Shown here: piece by piece, positions 1 to 8,641 of the stretch | How the letters are laid out: each line of letters opens with the position of its first letter | How positions within the stretch are numbered: the stretch's first letter is position 1 | NCBI RefSeq assembly: GCF_002291425.1 | Contig: NZ_CP014136.1 | Coordinates: 4,888,925-4,912,924 of the forward strand | Direction of reading: 5' to 3' | Source: Gibbsiella quercinecans | Lineage (GTDB): Bacteria > Pseudomonadota > Gammaproteobacteria > Enterobacterales > Enterobacteriaceae | DNA length: 24,000 nt | Notes under the pieces: generated by a model | What the model was told of the DNA's origin: nothing | Databases searched by the model: none | Seen by the model: only the letters and a program-made list of their open reading frames with translations | Program-made: the position numbers and the translations under genes

Positions 1-38
1 CTGTTATGGCGAAGCCGCCGCTCACCTGCCGCGGGCGG

Positions 39-461
39 CTACCGCCAGTTCGGGTTTTTCATGATGCTATACCGCCCGCACCCCAGCAGCGCGATCGCCA
101 GGCCGGCAAAGAAATAAACTGCGATTTCCTCAAGCCCCCAGCCGCCAACCTTGGTGAGCGTGAAAATAATGCCGGGCTGAGTGATTAACCAGGCGAACAG
201 CATGGTTGCGCAGAAAATCAAGGCGGCGGGCCGCACCAGGATGCCGAAAATAAACATCAGAGGAACGATGATTTCCCCCACAAAAACGCCATAAGCCACA
301 AACGACGGCATACCATGGTGCACCACCATGCCGATAATACTATTGATGCCGTATAACAGTTTATGCACGCCGTGAAACAGCATCATGGCGCCGAACGATA
401 CGCGCAGCAGCAATTTTCCCAGATCGGGTTTGTCTAGCCAACGGTTCATAGATACGTTCAT
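39..461 (-). CDS. DoxX family inner-membrane protein
   Basis: 140-aa ORF with about four hydrophobic segments and DoxX-like motifs (LLRVSFGAMMLFHGVHKL, GEIIVPLMFIFGILVRPAAL). ATG start. The overlapping + ORF 6..188 is a shadow frame. Confidence 0.75.
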   Translation of the reverse strand: MNVSMNRWLDKPDLGKLLLRVSFGAMMLFHGVHKLLYGINSIIGMVVHHGMPSFVAYGVFVGEIIVPLMFIFGILVRPAALIFCATMLFAWLITQPGIIFTLTKVGGWGLEEIAVYFFAGLAIALLGCGRYSIMKNPNWR

Positions 462-716
462 TTTGTCCTATCCTGTTTAAACTTAAGTGACTGACGAGCG
501 GGGGGGGGTCAGGAGAGTATATACCTTAACCAATCCGCTGGGCAGAGCGGCATGGTAACGATAATCTCGTGGAAAAAGTGAAGATTCGCCAGGGGGAAGG
601 CGTTGCAACATGCTGTTTTTCATCCGCGGAAAATAAACGCACCGAATTTGCATCACAGCGCCGAACGTTTATAAAGGGAAGGGTACAAAAAGTGACGGCC
701 AACCCAAAGGTGGTAA

Positions 717-2420
717 GTGATGAGCTCTGATTTTGTCCAGCAACTCCAGCAGGCGTTAAACAAGCTGTATCCTGCCGAGCAGCATGCGCGGTTAATCGAG
801 GGAATTCGAGGGCTGCTGGAAAAGTGGCAGCGTACCGCCGGGCAATTGGCGCAACCGATTGACGAAAAAACAGTTTATTTAATCGCCTACGGCGACAGCC
901 TACACCAGGAGGAACAAAAACCGCTGGTGGTGCTGAAACAGTTTGCCGATCGCTGGTTGCAGGGGCTGGTCAGCGATATTCACTTGCTGCCGATGTTCCC
1001 GTGGACATCCGACGACGGCTTTAGCGTGGTCGATTACCGGCGCATTAACCCGGAGCTGGGCGATTGGTCGGATATCCGGGCGTTGAACCAACATTTTGAT
1101 CTGATGTTCGACTGCGTGATAAACCACGTTTCCAGCGCCAGCGTGTGGTTCCAGGGCTACCTGAAAGGTGAGGAAAAGTACCAAAACTACTTTATCGAAG
1201 CCGACCCGCAGGCCGATTACCATTATGTGATGCGCCCGCGCGCCTTGCCGCTGCTCACGCCTTATGTAAAAGCGGACCAGCAGCGCGTGTATGTCTGGAC
1301 CACCTTCAGCGAAGACCAAATCGACATTAACTTTCGTGAGCCGGCGGTGCTGCTGGAAAGCATCGATGTGCTGCTGCAATATGCCACCACCGGCGGGCGC
1401 TCGATCCGCCTTGATGCCATCGGGTTTATCTGGAAGGCGGCGGGCACGCCCTGCATCCACCTGCCGGAAGTGCACCAGATTATCAAACTGTGGCGCTTGA
1501 TCCTCGATCGCGCCAATACCGGCTGCCGCCTGATCACCGAAACCAACGTTCCGCACAATGAAAATATCCGCTATTTCGGCAACGGCGATGAAGCGCATAT
1601 GGTGTATCAGTTCCCGCTGCCGCCGTTGACGCTGCACGCGTTTTTGCGCCAGGATTCGCGCTGGCTGAACGCCTGGGCCACGCAACTGAGTTCAGAGGTT
1701 CACCCACCCAACACTACCTTCTTTAACTTCCTGGCCAGCCACGACGGCATTGGCCTGCGGCCGACGGAAAACCTGCTGGACGACACCGAACGCGCTTTCC
1801 TGGTCACCGAAGTGGAGCGCCGCAAGGGGCGTATCTCCTGGCGCAGCAACGCCGACGGCAGCAAATCGCCGTATGAACTGAACATCAACTATCTGGATGC
1901 GATCACCGATCCGGATGATGATATCGCCACCAAGGCGGATAAGTTTCTGGCCGCCCAGTCGATACTGCTGGCCTTTCGCGGCGTGCCCGCCTTGTACTAT
2001 CACAGCCTGTTGGGCAGCGAAAACGATCTGGCCGGCGTGGAACGTTCCGGTATCAACCGCCGCATCAACCGCGAAAAGCTGGCGCTGAAGCCGTTGGAAA
2101 ACGCCTTGTTAACGCCGGGCACCCTGCGTGCTGAGGTTTTCCACCGCATGCGCCACCTGATTTATTGCCGCCGCACGCAGCCAGCGTTTTCACCGCAGGC
2201 CACGCAACGAGTATTAAAGCTGGGCGATGCGCTGTTCGGCATTGAACGCTCCGACGCCCGCAGCGGTGAGCGCATTAGCTGCGTGGTGAACATCAGCAGC
2301 CATGCGCAGCGGCTGCAACTGCCGCTGCCGGGCATTGAGCTGATCACCCTGACGGCGTTTGACGGCGCCCTGGTGCTGCGGCCGTGGCAAGCCGTGTGGA
2401 TCAAGCATGAGGGCGGCTAA
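717..2420 (+). CDS. GH13 sucrose-phosphorylase-family sugar phosphorylase (YcjM-like, glucosylglycerate/sucrose phosphorylase type)
   Basis: 567-aa ORF with GH13_18 signatures: LLPMFPWTSDDGFSVVDY, RLDAIGFIWK (nucleophile Asp region), ITETNVPHNEN (acid/base Glu region), FLASHDGIGL. It is collinear from memory with E. coli YcjM up to the C-terminal LRPWQAVWIK. Start is GTG 717 or ATG 720. Confidence 0.85.
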   Translation: MMSSDFVQQLQQALNKLYPAEQHARLIEGIRGLLEKWQRTAGQLAQPIDEKTVYLIAYGDSLHQEEQKPLVVLKQFADRWLQGLVSDIHLLPMFPWTSDDGFSVVDYRRINPELGDWSDIRALNQHFDLMFDCVINHVSSASVWFQGYLKGEEKYQNYFIEADPQADYHYVMRPRALPLLTPYVKADQQRVYVWTTFSEDQIDINFREPAVLLESIDVLLQYATTGGRSIRLDAIGFIWKAAGTPCIHLPEVHQIIKLWRLILDRANTGCRLITETNVPHNENIRYFGNGDEAHMVYQFPLPPLTLHAFLRQDSRWLNAWATQLSSEVHPPNTTFFNFLASHDGIGLRPTENLLDDTERAFLVTEVERRKGRISWRSNADGSKSPYELNINYLDAITDPDDDIATKADKFLAAQSILLAFRGVPALYYHSLLGSENDLAGVERSGINRRINREKLALKPLENALLTPGTLRAEVFHRMRHLIYCRRTQPAFSPQATQRVLKLGDALFGIERSDARSGERISCVVNISSHAQRLQLPLPGIELITLTAFDGALVLRPWQAVWIKHEGG

Positions 2421-2430
2421 ACGCCCGTGC

Positions 2431-3834
2431 CTACAGCGCGCCGCTGGTAAAGTGCTCCGGATATTCCATCAGATCGGCCACCGTCGCCAGGTTGTCTTCG
2501 CATAGCTGGCGGCTATAGGCACCGCCCAGGCACAGCCGCAGCGCGGCCGGCGGATTATTGTCGGTGCAGAACGCCGCGCTGGAAACCGCGCTCACGCGGT
2601 GCTCCCGCAGCCGGATCGCCACGTCGGACGGGTTCCAATGCAACTGTTTGGGCAGGTGCAGCCACAGGTGAAAGCCATGAGGATCCGCCTGATAGTGGAA
2701 CTTATGCAGGTATTTGGCGGCCAGTTTCTGGCGGATCGCCGCTTCCTGGCGAATCGCCGCCAGCACTTTATCGGCAGTGCCATCGCCAATCCATTGGCTG
2801 GCCAGCGCATTGGTGACCGGGCTGGACATCACGGTTAACGCCCGCAGAGCGCCGGCCAGCAACTGGGTAGAGCGTTTGCCCGGCCCTTTCACGTAGGCGA
2901 TGCGCAGCCCGGCGCCGAAGCATTTCGACAGCCCGGTGATATACCAGGTCAGCTCCGGCACCAATTCGGCAAACGGGGTGACGTGGTGTTTGGGCAGTGC
3001 GGCGTAGGCATCGTCTTCAATGATCGGCACGCTGTAGCGCAGCGCGATATCCGCCAGCGACTCACGGCGGCGCAGCGGCACCGTCAGCGTGGTAGGGTTG
3101 TGGATGGTGGGGTTCAGATACAGCGCGCTGACGTTGCCCAACTGGCATTGGTTCTCGAATGCCCGCGGCAGCGGGCCGTCGCCGTCGCACTCCAGCGCGT
3201 GCAGCGGGATATTCAACTGGCTGGCGATTGCCTTCAGCCCCGGGTAAATCAGGCTGCCTACGCAGATCGTGCCGCCTTTGCGGCCCAGCAGCGTCGCCAG
3301 CCCCACCAGCACGCTATGAATGCCGGGGCACACCAACACCTCGTCGGCATCCAGCCGCGGCAGGCGCTTGCCCAGCCAGATCATCGCCGCCTCTTTGTCA
3401 TTCACCGTTCCGCCGAAATCCTGATAGCGCAGCAGGCTATATATATCTTGGTGCGCGAATAGATTCAGCGCGCCCTGGCGAATCGCGTCGGCCACATCCG
3501 GCGCTTCAGGCTCAATCGGCGAGTTCATGGTCATATCGTAACTGCTGCCGCTGCTTAGTGGGATCGCCGGGACCTTGCCGCGGATAAAGCTGCCCATACC
3601 GGGGCGCGAATCAATCAGGCCACGCCTCCTGGCTTCGGCGTAGCCGCGCGTTACCGTGGTGTAGTTCAACGCCAGCGCCACCGCCAGATCGCGCAGCGGC
3701 GGCAGGCGATCGCGCGCCTGGAATTCGCCGCTTTTCACACCGTCGGCGATCAAATCGGCAATCAGCAGGTATGCCGGCCGTTGGGTTTGCTGGCGCAGAT
3801 AGGCCGCCCAGCGCTCATAAATAGGATCGATCAT
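2431..3834 (-). CDS. MocR-subfamily GntR transcriptional regulator with PLP-dependent aminotransferase-like domain
   Basis: N-terminal winged-helix (LPPLRDLAVALALNYTTVTRGYAEA) plus a fold-type I aminotransferase domain with a PLP-lysine motif (GLSKCFGAGLRIAY). The ORF track extends to 3921, but the ATG at 3834 (MIDPIYERW...) is the more likely start. Confidence 0.85.
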   Translation of the reverse strand: MIDPIYERWAAYLRQQTQRPAYLLIADLIADGVKSGEFQARDRLPPLRDLAVALALNYTTVTRGYAEARRRGLIDSRPGMGSFIRGKVPAIPLSSGSSYDMTMNSPIEPEAPDVADAIRQGALNLFAHQDIYSLLRYQDFGGTVNDKEAAMIWLGKRLPRLDADEVLVCPGIHSVLVGLATLLGRKGGTICVGSLIYPGLKAIASQLNIPLHALECDGDGPLPRAFENQCQLGNVSALYLNPTIHNPTTLTVPLRRRESLADIALRYSVPIIEDDAYAALPKHHVTPFAELVPELTWYITGLSKCFGAGLRIAYVKGPGKRSTQLLAGALRALTVMSSPVTNALASQWIGDGTADKVLAAIRQEAAIRQKLAAKYLHKFHYQADPHGFHLWLHLPKQLHWNPSDVAIRLREHRVSAVSSAAFCTDNNPPAALRLCLGGAYSRQLCEDNLATVADLMEYPEHFTSGAL

Positions 3835-3915
3835 GATTTTACAGCCCTTTTTGACGCTGCCGCCCGCGGCAGGGTTAACGGGAACGCTGACACTGTAGTG
3901 TGAAAAACACCCGTC

Positions 3916-3952
3916 ATGCAATCATTGTTGTATTGATTGCATTAATGATTGG
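3916..3952. promoter_or_regulatory. Repeated AATGATTGCAT-type motif: inverted pair ATGCAATCA (3916-3924) / TGATTGCAT (3934-3942) plus AATGATTGG (3944-3952). Candidate operator for the divergent MocR regulator.
   Basis: Read directly in the 406-bp AT-rich divergent intergenic region. The same 11-mer recurs at 4102-4112. Confidence 0.35.
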
Positions 3953-3968
3953 ATATTGATTTTCATTG

Positions 3969-4019
3969 TGCGCATTAATAGTGCATTTAAGCATCAAATA
4001 AGTGCGTACATGGAGTGCC
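3969..4019. promoter_or_regulatory. Two NtrC-like dyads: TGCGCA-N5-AGTGCA (3969-3985) and TGCGTA-N5-AGTGCC (4003-4019). Candidate enhancer (UAS).
   Basis: Resemble the TGCACC-N5-GGTGCA NtrC consensus. Centres are 34 bp apart and lie about 110-160 bp upstream of the sigma-54 element at 4128-4142. Confidence 0.3.
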
Positions 4020-4091
4020 AAGTGATCGATTGTGTATTTATTGTGAATGTAAAGCGGTGAAAGTAAATTTTTTTGCCGGGATATTGCGCCG

Positions 4092-4112
4092 ATGATTCGC
4101 TAATGATTGCAT
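4092..4112. promoter_or_regulatory. Tandem ATGATTCGC / AATGATTGCAT motif copies immediately upstream of the sigma-54 element
   Basis: AATGATTGCAT at 4102-4112 is identical to the motif at 3932-3942 and is the reverse complement of 3916-3926. A degenerate copy lies at 4092-4100. Confidence 0.3.
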
Positions 4113-4127
4113 CGGCGATTTTTGTGC

Positions 4128-4142
4128 TGGCACGCCCCTTGC
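4128..4142 (+). promoter_or_regulatory. Sigma-54 (RpoN) -24/-12 promoter for the Nit1C operon
   Basis: CTGGCACGCCCCTTGCT matches TGGCAC-N5-TTGC(A/T) with exact spacing. It lies about 100 nt upstream of the first ATG (4241). Confidence 0.55.
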
Positions 4143-4240
4143 TCCAGTGATTACGTCGCGTTATCGCACCATTGGCGAAATGCATCGTAATGGGGAGCCA
4201 CTGGCTTCTCACCTATAACTGAGACAATGCGGAGCACACC

Positions 4241-4723
4241 ATGCCAAAAGTAACCTTACCTGCCCATAAAACCGGTGATTTCCTGGTCGACTATGAAGAA
4301 AAAGTTTTTGAAGACGTGAAGGCGGAGCCGGGCCAAAAAGCCCTGGTGACGTTCCACACCGTGGCGTTTGAAGGCTCGATCGGCTTCGTCAATATGCTGC
4401 AGGCCACCCGCTTGCAGCGCAAAGGCTTTGAAACCTCGATTCTGCTCTACGGCCCGGGGGTCACGCTGGGGGTGCAGCGCGGTTTCCCTACGCTGGGCGC
4501 AGAGGCGTTTCCCGGCCACCAGAACTACAACAATCAGTTGACCAAGTTTATGGCGGAAGGGGGCAAGGTCTATGCCTGCCGCTTTGCGCTGCAGGCGCTG
4601 TACGGCCATGGCGAACCTTCGCTGATTGAAGGCATCCGGCCTATCAACCCGCTGGATGTGCTGGATCTCAAGCTGCTGCATACGCGTGACAATGCGCTGA
4701 TCATCGACACCTGGACCATGTAA
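4241..4723 (+). CDS. MSMEG_0572/Sll0783 family nitrogen-starvation-response protein (Nit1C gene 1, NitB-like)
   Basis: 160-aa ORF at the first position of the Nit1C gene order. Its size and position match the conserved hypothetical protein that precedes the nitrilase. Confidence 0.75.
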   Translation: MPKVTLPAHKTGDFLVDYEEKVFEDVKAEPGQKALVTFHTVAFEGSIGFVNMLQATRLQRKGFETSILLYGPGVTLGVQRGFPTLGAEAFPGHQNYNNQLTKFMAEGGKVYACRFALQALYGHGEPSLIEGIRPINPLDVLDLKLLHTRDNALIIDTWTM

Positions 4724-4736
4724 GCGGAGGCGCGAG

Positions 4737-5738
4737 ATGGCTCAGTCACGTACGGTACGTGCGGCTGCGGTTCAGATCGCGCCAGATCTCCACGCGGCCA
4801 GCAAAACGCTGGCCCGGGTTCTGGACGCCATCGATCAGGCAGCGGCGCAGGGGGCGGAAATCGTGGTCTTCCCGGAGACTTTCGTCCCTTATTACCCCTA
4901 TTTCTCTTTTATCACCCCGGCGATGACCGCCGGCGCGGCCCATCTGCGGCTTTACGATGAGGCGGTCCAGGTGCCCGGGCCGATTACCCAGGCGGTGGGT
5001 GAGCGGGCGCGGCTGCGAGAGATCGTCGTGGTGCTGGGCGTTAATGAGCGCGATGGCGGCACGTTGTATAACACCCAGTTGGTTTTCGATGCCAGCGGCA
5101 AACTGGTGCTCAAACGGCGCAAAATCACCCCGACCTACCATGAACGCATGATCTGGGGGCAGGGCGACGGCGCCGGGCTGAAAGTCGTCGATACCGCCGT
5201 TGGGCACGTCGGCGCGCTAGCCTGCTGGGAGCATTACAACCCGCTGGCGCGTTACAGCCTGATGACCCAGCACGAAGAGATCCATTGCAGCCAGTTCCCC
5301 GGCTCGCTGGTCGGGCCGATCTTTGCGGAACAGATGGATGTGACCATTCGCCACCACGCGCTGGAATCCGGCTGCTTTGTGATTAACGCCACCGGCTGGC
5401 TGACCGACGCCCAGATTGAAGAGCTGACGCCCGATCCGGCGTTGCAGAAAGGGCTGCGCGGCGGTTGCAACACCGCCATTATCTCGCCGGAAGGGCGCCA
5501 CGTTGTGCCGCCGCTGACGGAGGGGGAAGGGATCCTGATCGCCGATCTGGATATGCGCCTGATCACCAAACGTAAACGCATGATGGATTCGGTGGGGCAT
5601 TACGCTCGGCCGGAGTTATTGAGCCTGCGGCTTGACGACCGCCCGGCGCGCTATGTGGTGCCCAGCTACAACGAATCCGCCCGTGAAGGAGAAAATGATG
5701 ACGACGCCGAGCCTGTCCAGACAACAACTGATTACTGA
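4737..5738 (+). CDS. Nit1C-type nitrilase (Sll0784 family, carbon-nitrogen hydrolase)
   Basis: 333 aa. Carbon-nitrogen hydrolase Glu-Lys-Cys triad contexts are visible: [41 protein letters not shown] Shine-Dalgarno 8 nt upstream. Confidence 0.9.
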   Translation: MAQSRTVRAAAVQIAPDLHAASKTLARVLDAIDQAAAQGAEIVVFPETFVPYYPYFSFITPAMTAGAAHLRLYDEAVQVPGPITQAVGERARLREIVVVLGVNERDGGTLYNTQLVFDASGKLVLKRRKITPTYHERMIWGQGDGAGLKVVDTAVGHVGALACWEHYNPLARYSLMTQHEEIHCSQFPGSLVGPIFAEQMDVTIRHHALESGCFVINATGWLTDAQIEELTPDPALQKGLRGGCNTAIISPEGRHVVPPLTEGEGILIADLDMRLITKRKRMMDSVGHYARPELLSLRLDDRPARYVVPSYNESAREGENDDDAEPVQTTTDY

Positions 5739-6807
5739 ACTGCTGACGCAGGGCGTGAATGTGGTGAACCCGTCGGAACAGCATGTGAGCCGCCACGGCG
5801 GCGCCGGCCCTTCGGATCATCAGGCGGTCACTATCGACGGCGTAACGGTAATGGTGCCGATCTACACCCAAACCGCGCGCCATTCGGCATGGCAGGTGAA
5901 GCATGCCGAACAGGGCAAAACCACGTTATTGAAAAACCAGATCCCGGTGCGGGACATCACCTTTGCCCATAAGCCGCGGTTCTATGATTTGCAAACCGCA
6001 GACGGCATCCCGTACTCGCATATCGCCACGCTGCACGGCACCGATGTGCTGGCCACCACGGTGCTGCAAACCTGTATCCGTTATGAAAACCGGCGCAAAG
6101 CCTGCCAGTTTTGCGCCATCGGCCAATCGTTGGCTGCCGGGAGCACTATCGCCCACAAAACTCCGCAGCAGTTGGCCGAGGTGGCCAAAGCGGCGGTTGA
6201 GCTGGACGGCGTGAAGCACATGGTGATGACCACCGGCACGCCTTCAGGCAGCGATCGCGGCGCTCGCTTGCTGGTGGAAAGCGCGCAGGCGATCAAGGCT
6301 GCGGTGGATTTGCCGTTGCAGGGGCAGTGCGAACCCCCGGGCGACCCGGTGTGGTTCACCCGTATGAAAGAAGCGGGGATCGACGCGCTCGGCATGCACC
6401 TGGAAGCAGTAACGCCGGAGGTGCGCGCGCGCATTATGCCCGGCAAGGCCCAGGTGACCATCGAACAATATATGGTGGCCTTTGAGCAGGCGGTGGCCGT
6501 TTTTGGCCGCGGGCAGGTCAGCACCTATATTCTGGCCGGCATGGGCGACACGCCTGAAGCCATTCTGGCGATTTCGGAACGGCTGATCGCGCTGGGCGTT
6601 TACCCGTTCGTGGTGCCGTTTGTGCCGATCAGCGGCACGCCGCTGGAGCACCACCCGGCGCCCAGCACCGCGTTCATGGCGTCAATTCTCGAACCACTGG
6701 GGCGCATGCTGCGTGAAGGGCAACTGCGTTCAAGCGATATCAAGGCGGGGTGCGGCCGCTGCGGCGCCTGTTCATCCTTGTCCAGTTTTGAACAGGCGGT
6801 CGCCTGA
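5695..6807 (+). CDS. Radical SAM protein, MSMEG_0568 family (Nit1C)
   Basis: 371 aa from ATG 5695, preceded by AAGGAG. The ORF track's 5632 start lies inside the nitrilase gene. Cys cluster [14 protein letters not shown] followed by a glycine-rich [10 protein letters not shown], plus a C-terminal CGRCGAC. Overlaps the nitrilase 3' end by 44 nt. Confidence 0.8.
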   Translation: MMTTPSLSRQQLITELLTQGVNVVNPSEQHVSRHGGAGPSDHQAVTIDGVTVMVPIYTQTARHSAWQVKHAEQGKTTLLKNQIPVRDITFAHKPRFYDLQTADGIPYSHIATLHGTDVLATTVLQTCIRYENRRKACQFCAIGQSLAAGSTIAHKTPQQLAEVAKAAVELDGVKHMVMTTGTPSGSDRGARLLVESAQAIKAAVDLPLQGQCEPPGDPVWFTRMKEAGIDALGMHLEAVTPEVRARIMPGKAQVTIEQYMVAFEQAVAVFGRGQVSTYILAGMGDTPEAILAISERLIALGVYPFVVPFVPISGTPLEHHPAPSTAFMASILEPLGRMLREGQLRSSDIKAGCGRCGACSSLSSFEQAVA

Positions 6808-6818
6808 GGAGGCGCAAA

Positions 6819-7379
6819 ATGCCCGACTATGCCGAATACACCATCAAATGGGTCACCCTGCCGTGGGAACGCCGGCAGGCCTACGCCTTGCGCCAGCGGG
6901 TGTTTTGCCAGGAACAGGGGCTGTTTGAACAGCACGATCTGGATGACATCGACGAACAGGCCCACCTGCTGGTGGCGCTAGGCACCCTTGCCGGTTGGCA
7001 TGAAGAAGTGGTGGGCACGGTGCGCATTCACCAGCCGCAGCCTGGCGTGTGGTTCGGTTCGCGGCTGGCAGTCGACGGCAGCTTTCGCCGGCAGGGCCAA
7101 CTCGGGCCGATGCTAATCCGCCTGGCGGTCAGCAGCGCCCACGCGCTCGGCTGCCGAGAGTTCTACGCGCACGTTCAGCAACAGAACGAGCCGCTGTTCC
7201 GGCGTATGCACTGGCACACGCTGGAGACGGTGACCTTGCGCGGCCTGCCGCATGCCTTTATGCAGGCCGATCTGGCCTATTACCCTCCCTGCCACGATCC
7301 GCTTAGCGGCATGGTGCTTAACGCTCGCCTGCCGCGAGTGCCGGCGGAGCTGGCGCCGCTGATGATGAGGGTGGCCTGA
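6819..7379 (+). CDS. GNAT N-acetyltransferase, MSMEG_0567/Sll0786 family (Nit1C)
   Basis: 186 aa with a GNAT core (RIHQPQPGVWFGSRLAVDGSFRRQGQLGPMLIRLAV). GAGGAGG Shine-Dalgarno. Position in the cluster fits. Confidence 0.8.
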   Translation: MPDYAEYTIKWVTLPWERRQAYALRQRVFCQEQGLFEQHDLDDIDEQAHLLVALGTLAGWHEEVVGTVRIHQPQPGVWFGSRLAVDGSFRRQGQLGPMLIRLAVSSAHALGCREFYAHVQQQNEPLFRRMHWHTLETVTLRGLPHAFMQADLAYYPPCHDPLSGMVLNARLPRVPAELAPLMMRVA

Positions 7380-8335
7380 TGGAATTGCCGGAACTGCTTA
7401 CGGCGGTGCGCCAGCACAGCGGCATTGCGCACAAAAGCGATATCCAGCAGGTGGCCGCCGCGTTGCAACAAGCCTGGCCGCTGGCCGGCCACCCGAACGG
7501 TGACGATTGCGCGGTGCTGCCCGCCGCAGACGGCTTCAGCCTGCTGGCAATGGAAGGTTTTATCAATGGCTTTGTGGAACAGGACCCTTGGTTCGCCGGC
7601 TGGTGCGGCGTGATGGTGAACCTGAGCGATATCGCCGCCATGGGCGGGCGGCCGCAGGCGGTGGTCAATGCGCTATGGAGCGAGCAGGGCGACAAGGCCG
7701 AACAGATTTTGCAGGGCATGGCGGCGGCATCGCGGGCGTTTCAGGTGCCGATTGTCGGCGGGCACACCAACCTGCGCAGCAACCAAGCGCAACTGGCGGT
7801 GGCGGTGCTGGGGCACGCCCGGCGGGTGTTGAGCAGCTTTGCAGTCACGCCCGGGCTAACGCTGATCGCCGCCATCAATCTGGCGGGGCGCTGGCACCCG
7901 CCGGGGTTGAACTGGGATGCCGCCACCGCTGCCGAGCCGGCGGCACTGCGCCGGGCGCTGGCGCTGTTGCCCGCGCTGGCGGAGGAACAGCGGGTGATCG
8001 GCGCCAAAGACATCAGCCAGGCCGGCCTGCTGGGCACGCTGGTGATGATGATGGAAAGCGCGCAGGTGGGGGCAACGGTGGATCTGGCTGCGGTGCCCAA
8101 ACCTGCGGCGTGCGGCTGGCAAGAGTGGCTGTGTGCCTTCCCCAGTTTTGGCTACCTGTTGGCTACTGAAGCACAGCAGGCGGAAGCGGTTATCGCCCGT
8201 TTCATCCAGGCCGGGATTACTGCGGCGGCGATTGGAACCTTTGATGATTCGCTGCGCCTGACCGTTGCGCATAACGGCGAGCGTGGCTGTTTTTGGGATT
8301 TGCATACCCAGCCGTTAACCGGCATGGGCAAATAA
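7379..8335 (+). CDS. AIR synthase-related protein, Sll0787 family (Nit1C)
   Basis: 318 aa with PurM/ThiL-like motifs (GDDCAVL, NLSDIAAMGGRP, VGGHTN). The ATG overlaps the preceding TGA (TGATG). Confidence 0.8.
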   Translation: MELPELLTAVRQHSGIAHKSDIQQVAAALQQAWPLAGHPNGDDCAVLPAADGFSLLAMEGFINGFVEQDPWFAGWCGVMVNLSDIAAMGGRPQAVVNALWSEQGDKAEQILQGMAAASRAFQVPIVGGHTNLRSNQAQLAVAVLGHARRVLSSFAVTPGLTLIAAINLAGRWHPPGLNWDAATAAEPAALRRALALLPALAEEQRVIGAKDISQAGLLGTLVMMMESAQVGATVDLAAVPKPAACGWQEWLCAFPSFGYLLATEAQQAEAVIARFIQAGITAAAIGTFDDSLRLTVAHNGERGCFWDLHTQPLTGMGK

Positions 8336-8350
8336 CTTTAGGAGGTGACT

Positions 8351-8641
8351 ATGCCTGCAATGAATTTTGTCGTGTGTTGGCCGGACGGCAGCAAAGAGAA
8401 CTGTTATTCGCCGTCTACCGCCATCGAAAAACATTTGATCGTTAACCACACCTATACGGTGGAGGCGTTTGTGCTCGCCGCACAAACCGCGCTGGATGAA
8501 GCCAGCGCACGCGTTGCCGCCAAATTCGGCTATGCCTGCTCCAGCGCGATGGATCAATCCCGCGCCATTGGGCAGAAGGCACAACAGTTCGCCGCTACCG
8601 ATCCGGTTGTGGTTGAGAAAATTACGGTGATCGGGCAATGA
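8351..8641 (+). CDS. MSMEG_0570 family small protein (Nit1C, NitG-like)
   Basis: 96 aa from ATG 8351, with AGGAGG 6 nt upstream. The ORF track's GTG at 8345 is less likely. Conserved position between the AIR-synthase-like and FAD genes. Confidence 0.7.
   Translation: MPAMNFVVCWPDGSKENCYSPSTAIEKHLIVNHTYTVEAFVLAAQTALDEASARVAAKFGYACSSAMDQSRAIGQKAQQFAATDPVVVEKITVIGQ

Noticed and set aside
900-1685. Long antisense ORF (261 aa) inside the phosphorylase gene. Similar long opposite-strand ORFs occur at 4256..4681, 4746..5207, 8554..9183, 9701..10327, 10661..11266, 19782..20762 and 21219..22355.
   Set aside because: These are typical shadow ORFs of high-GC coding sequence. Their translations are Arg/Ala/Gly/Pro-rich and low-complexity, they have no recognisable domains, and each fully overlaps a gene with strong family signatures.
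3835-3921. Longer start for the MocR gene (ORF track 2431..3921), and likewise the 5632 start for the radical SAM gene.
   Set aside because: The extra residues have no homology-like character. Internal ATGs (3834; 5695 with an AAGGAG Shine-Dalgarno) give proteins that start where the conserved domains start.
3994-4212. 72-aa minus-strand ORF in the MocR/Nit1C intergenic region.
   Set aside because: It lies across the predicted sigma-54 promoter and UAS, has no Shine-Dalgarno sequence and no recognisable fold. It is more likely non-coding regulatory DNA.
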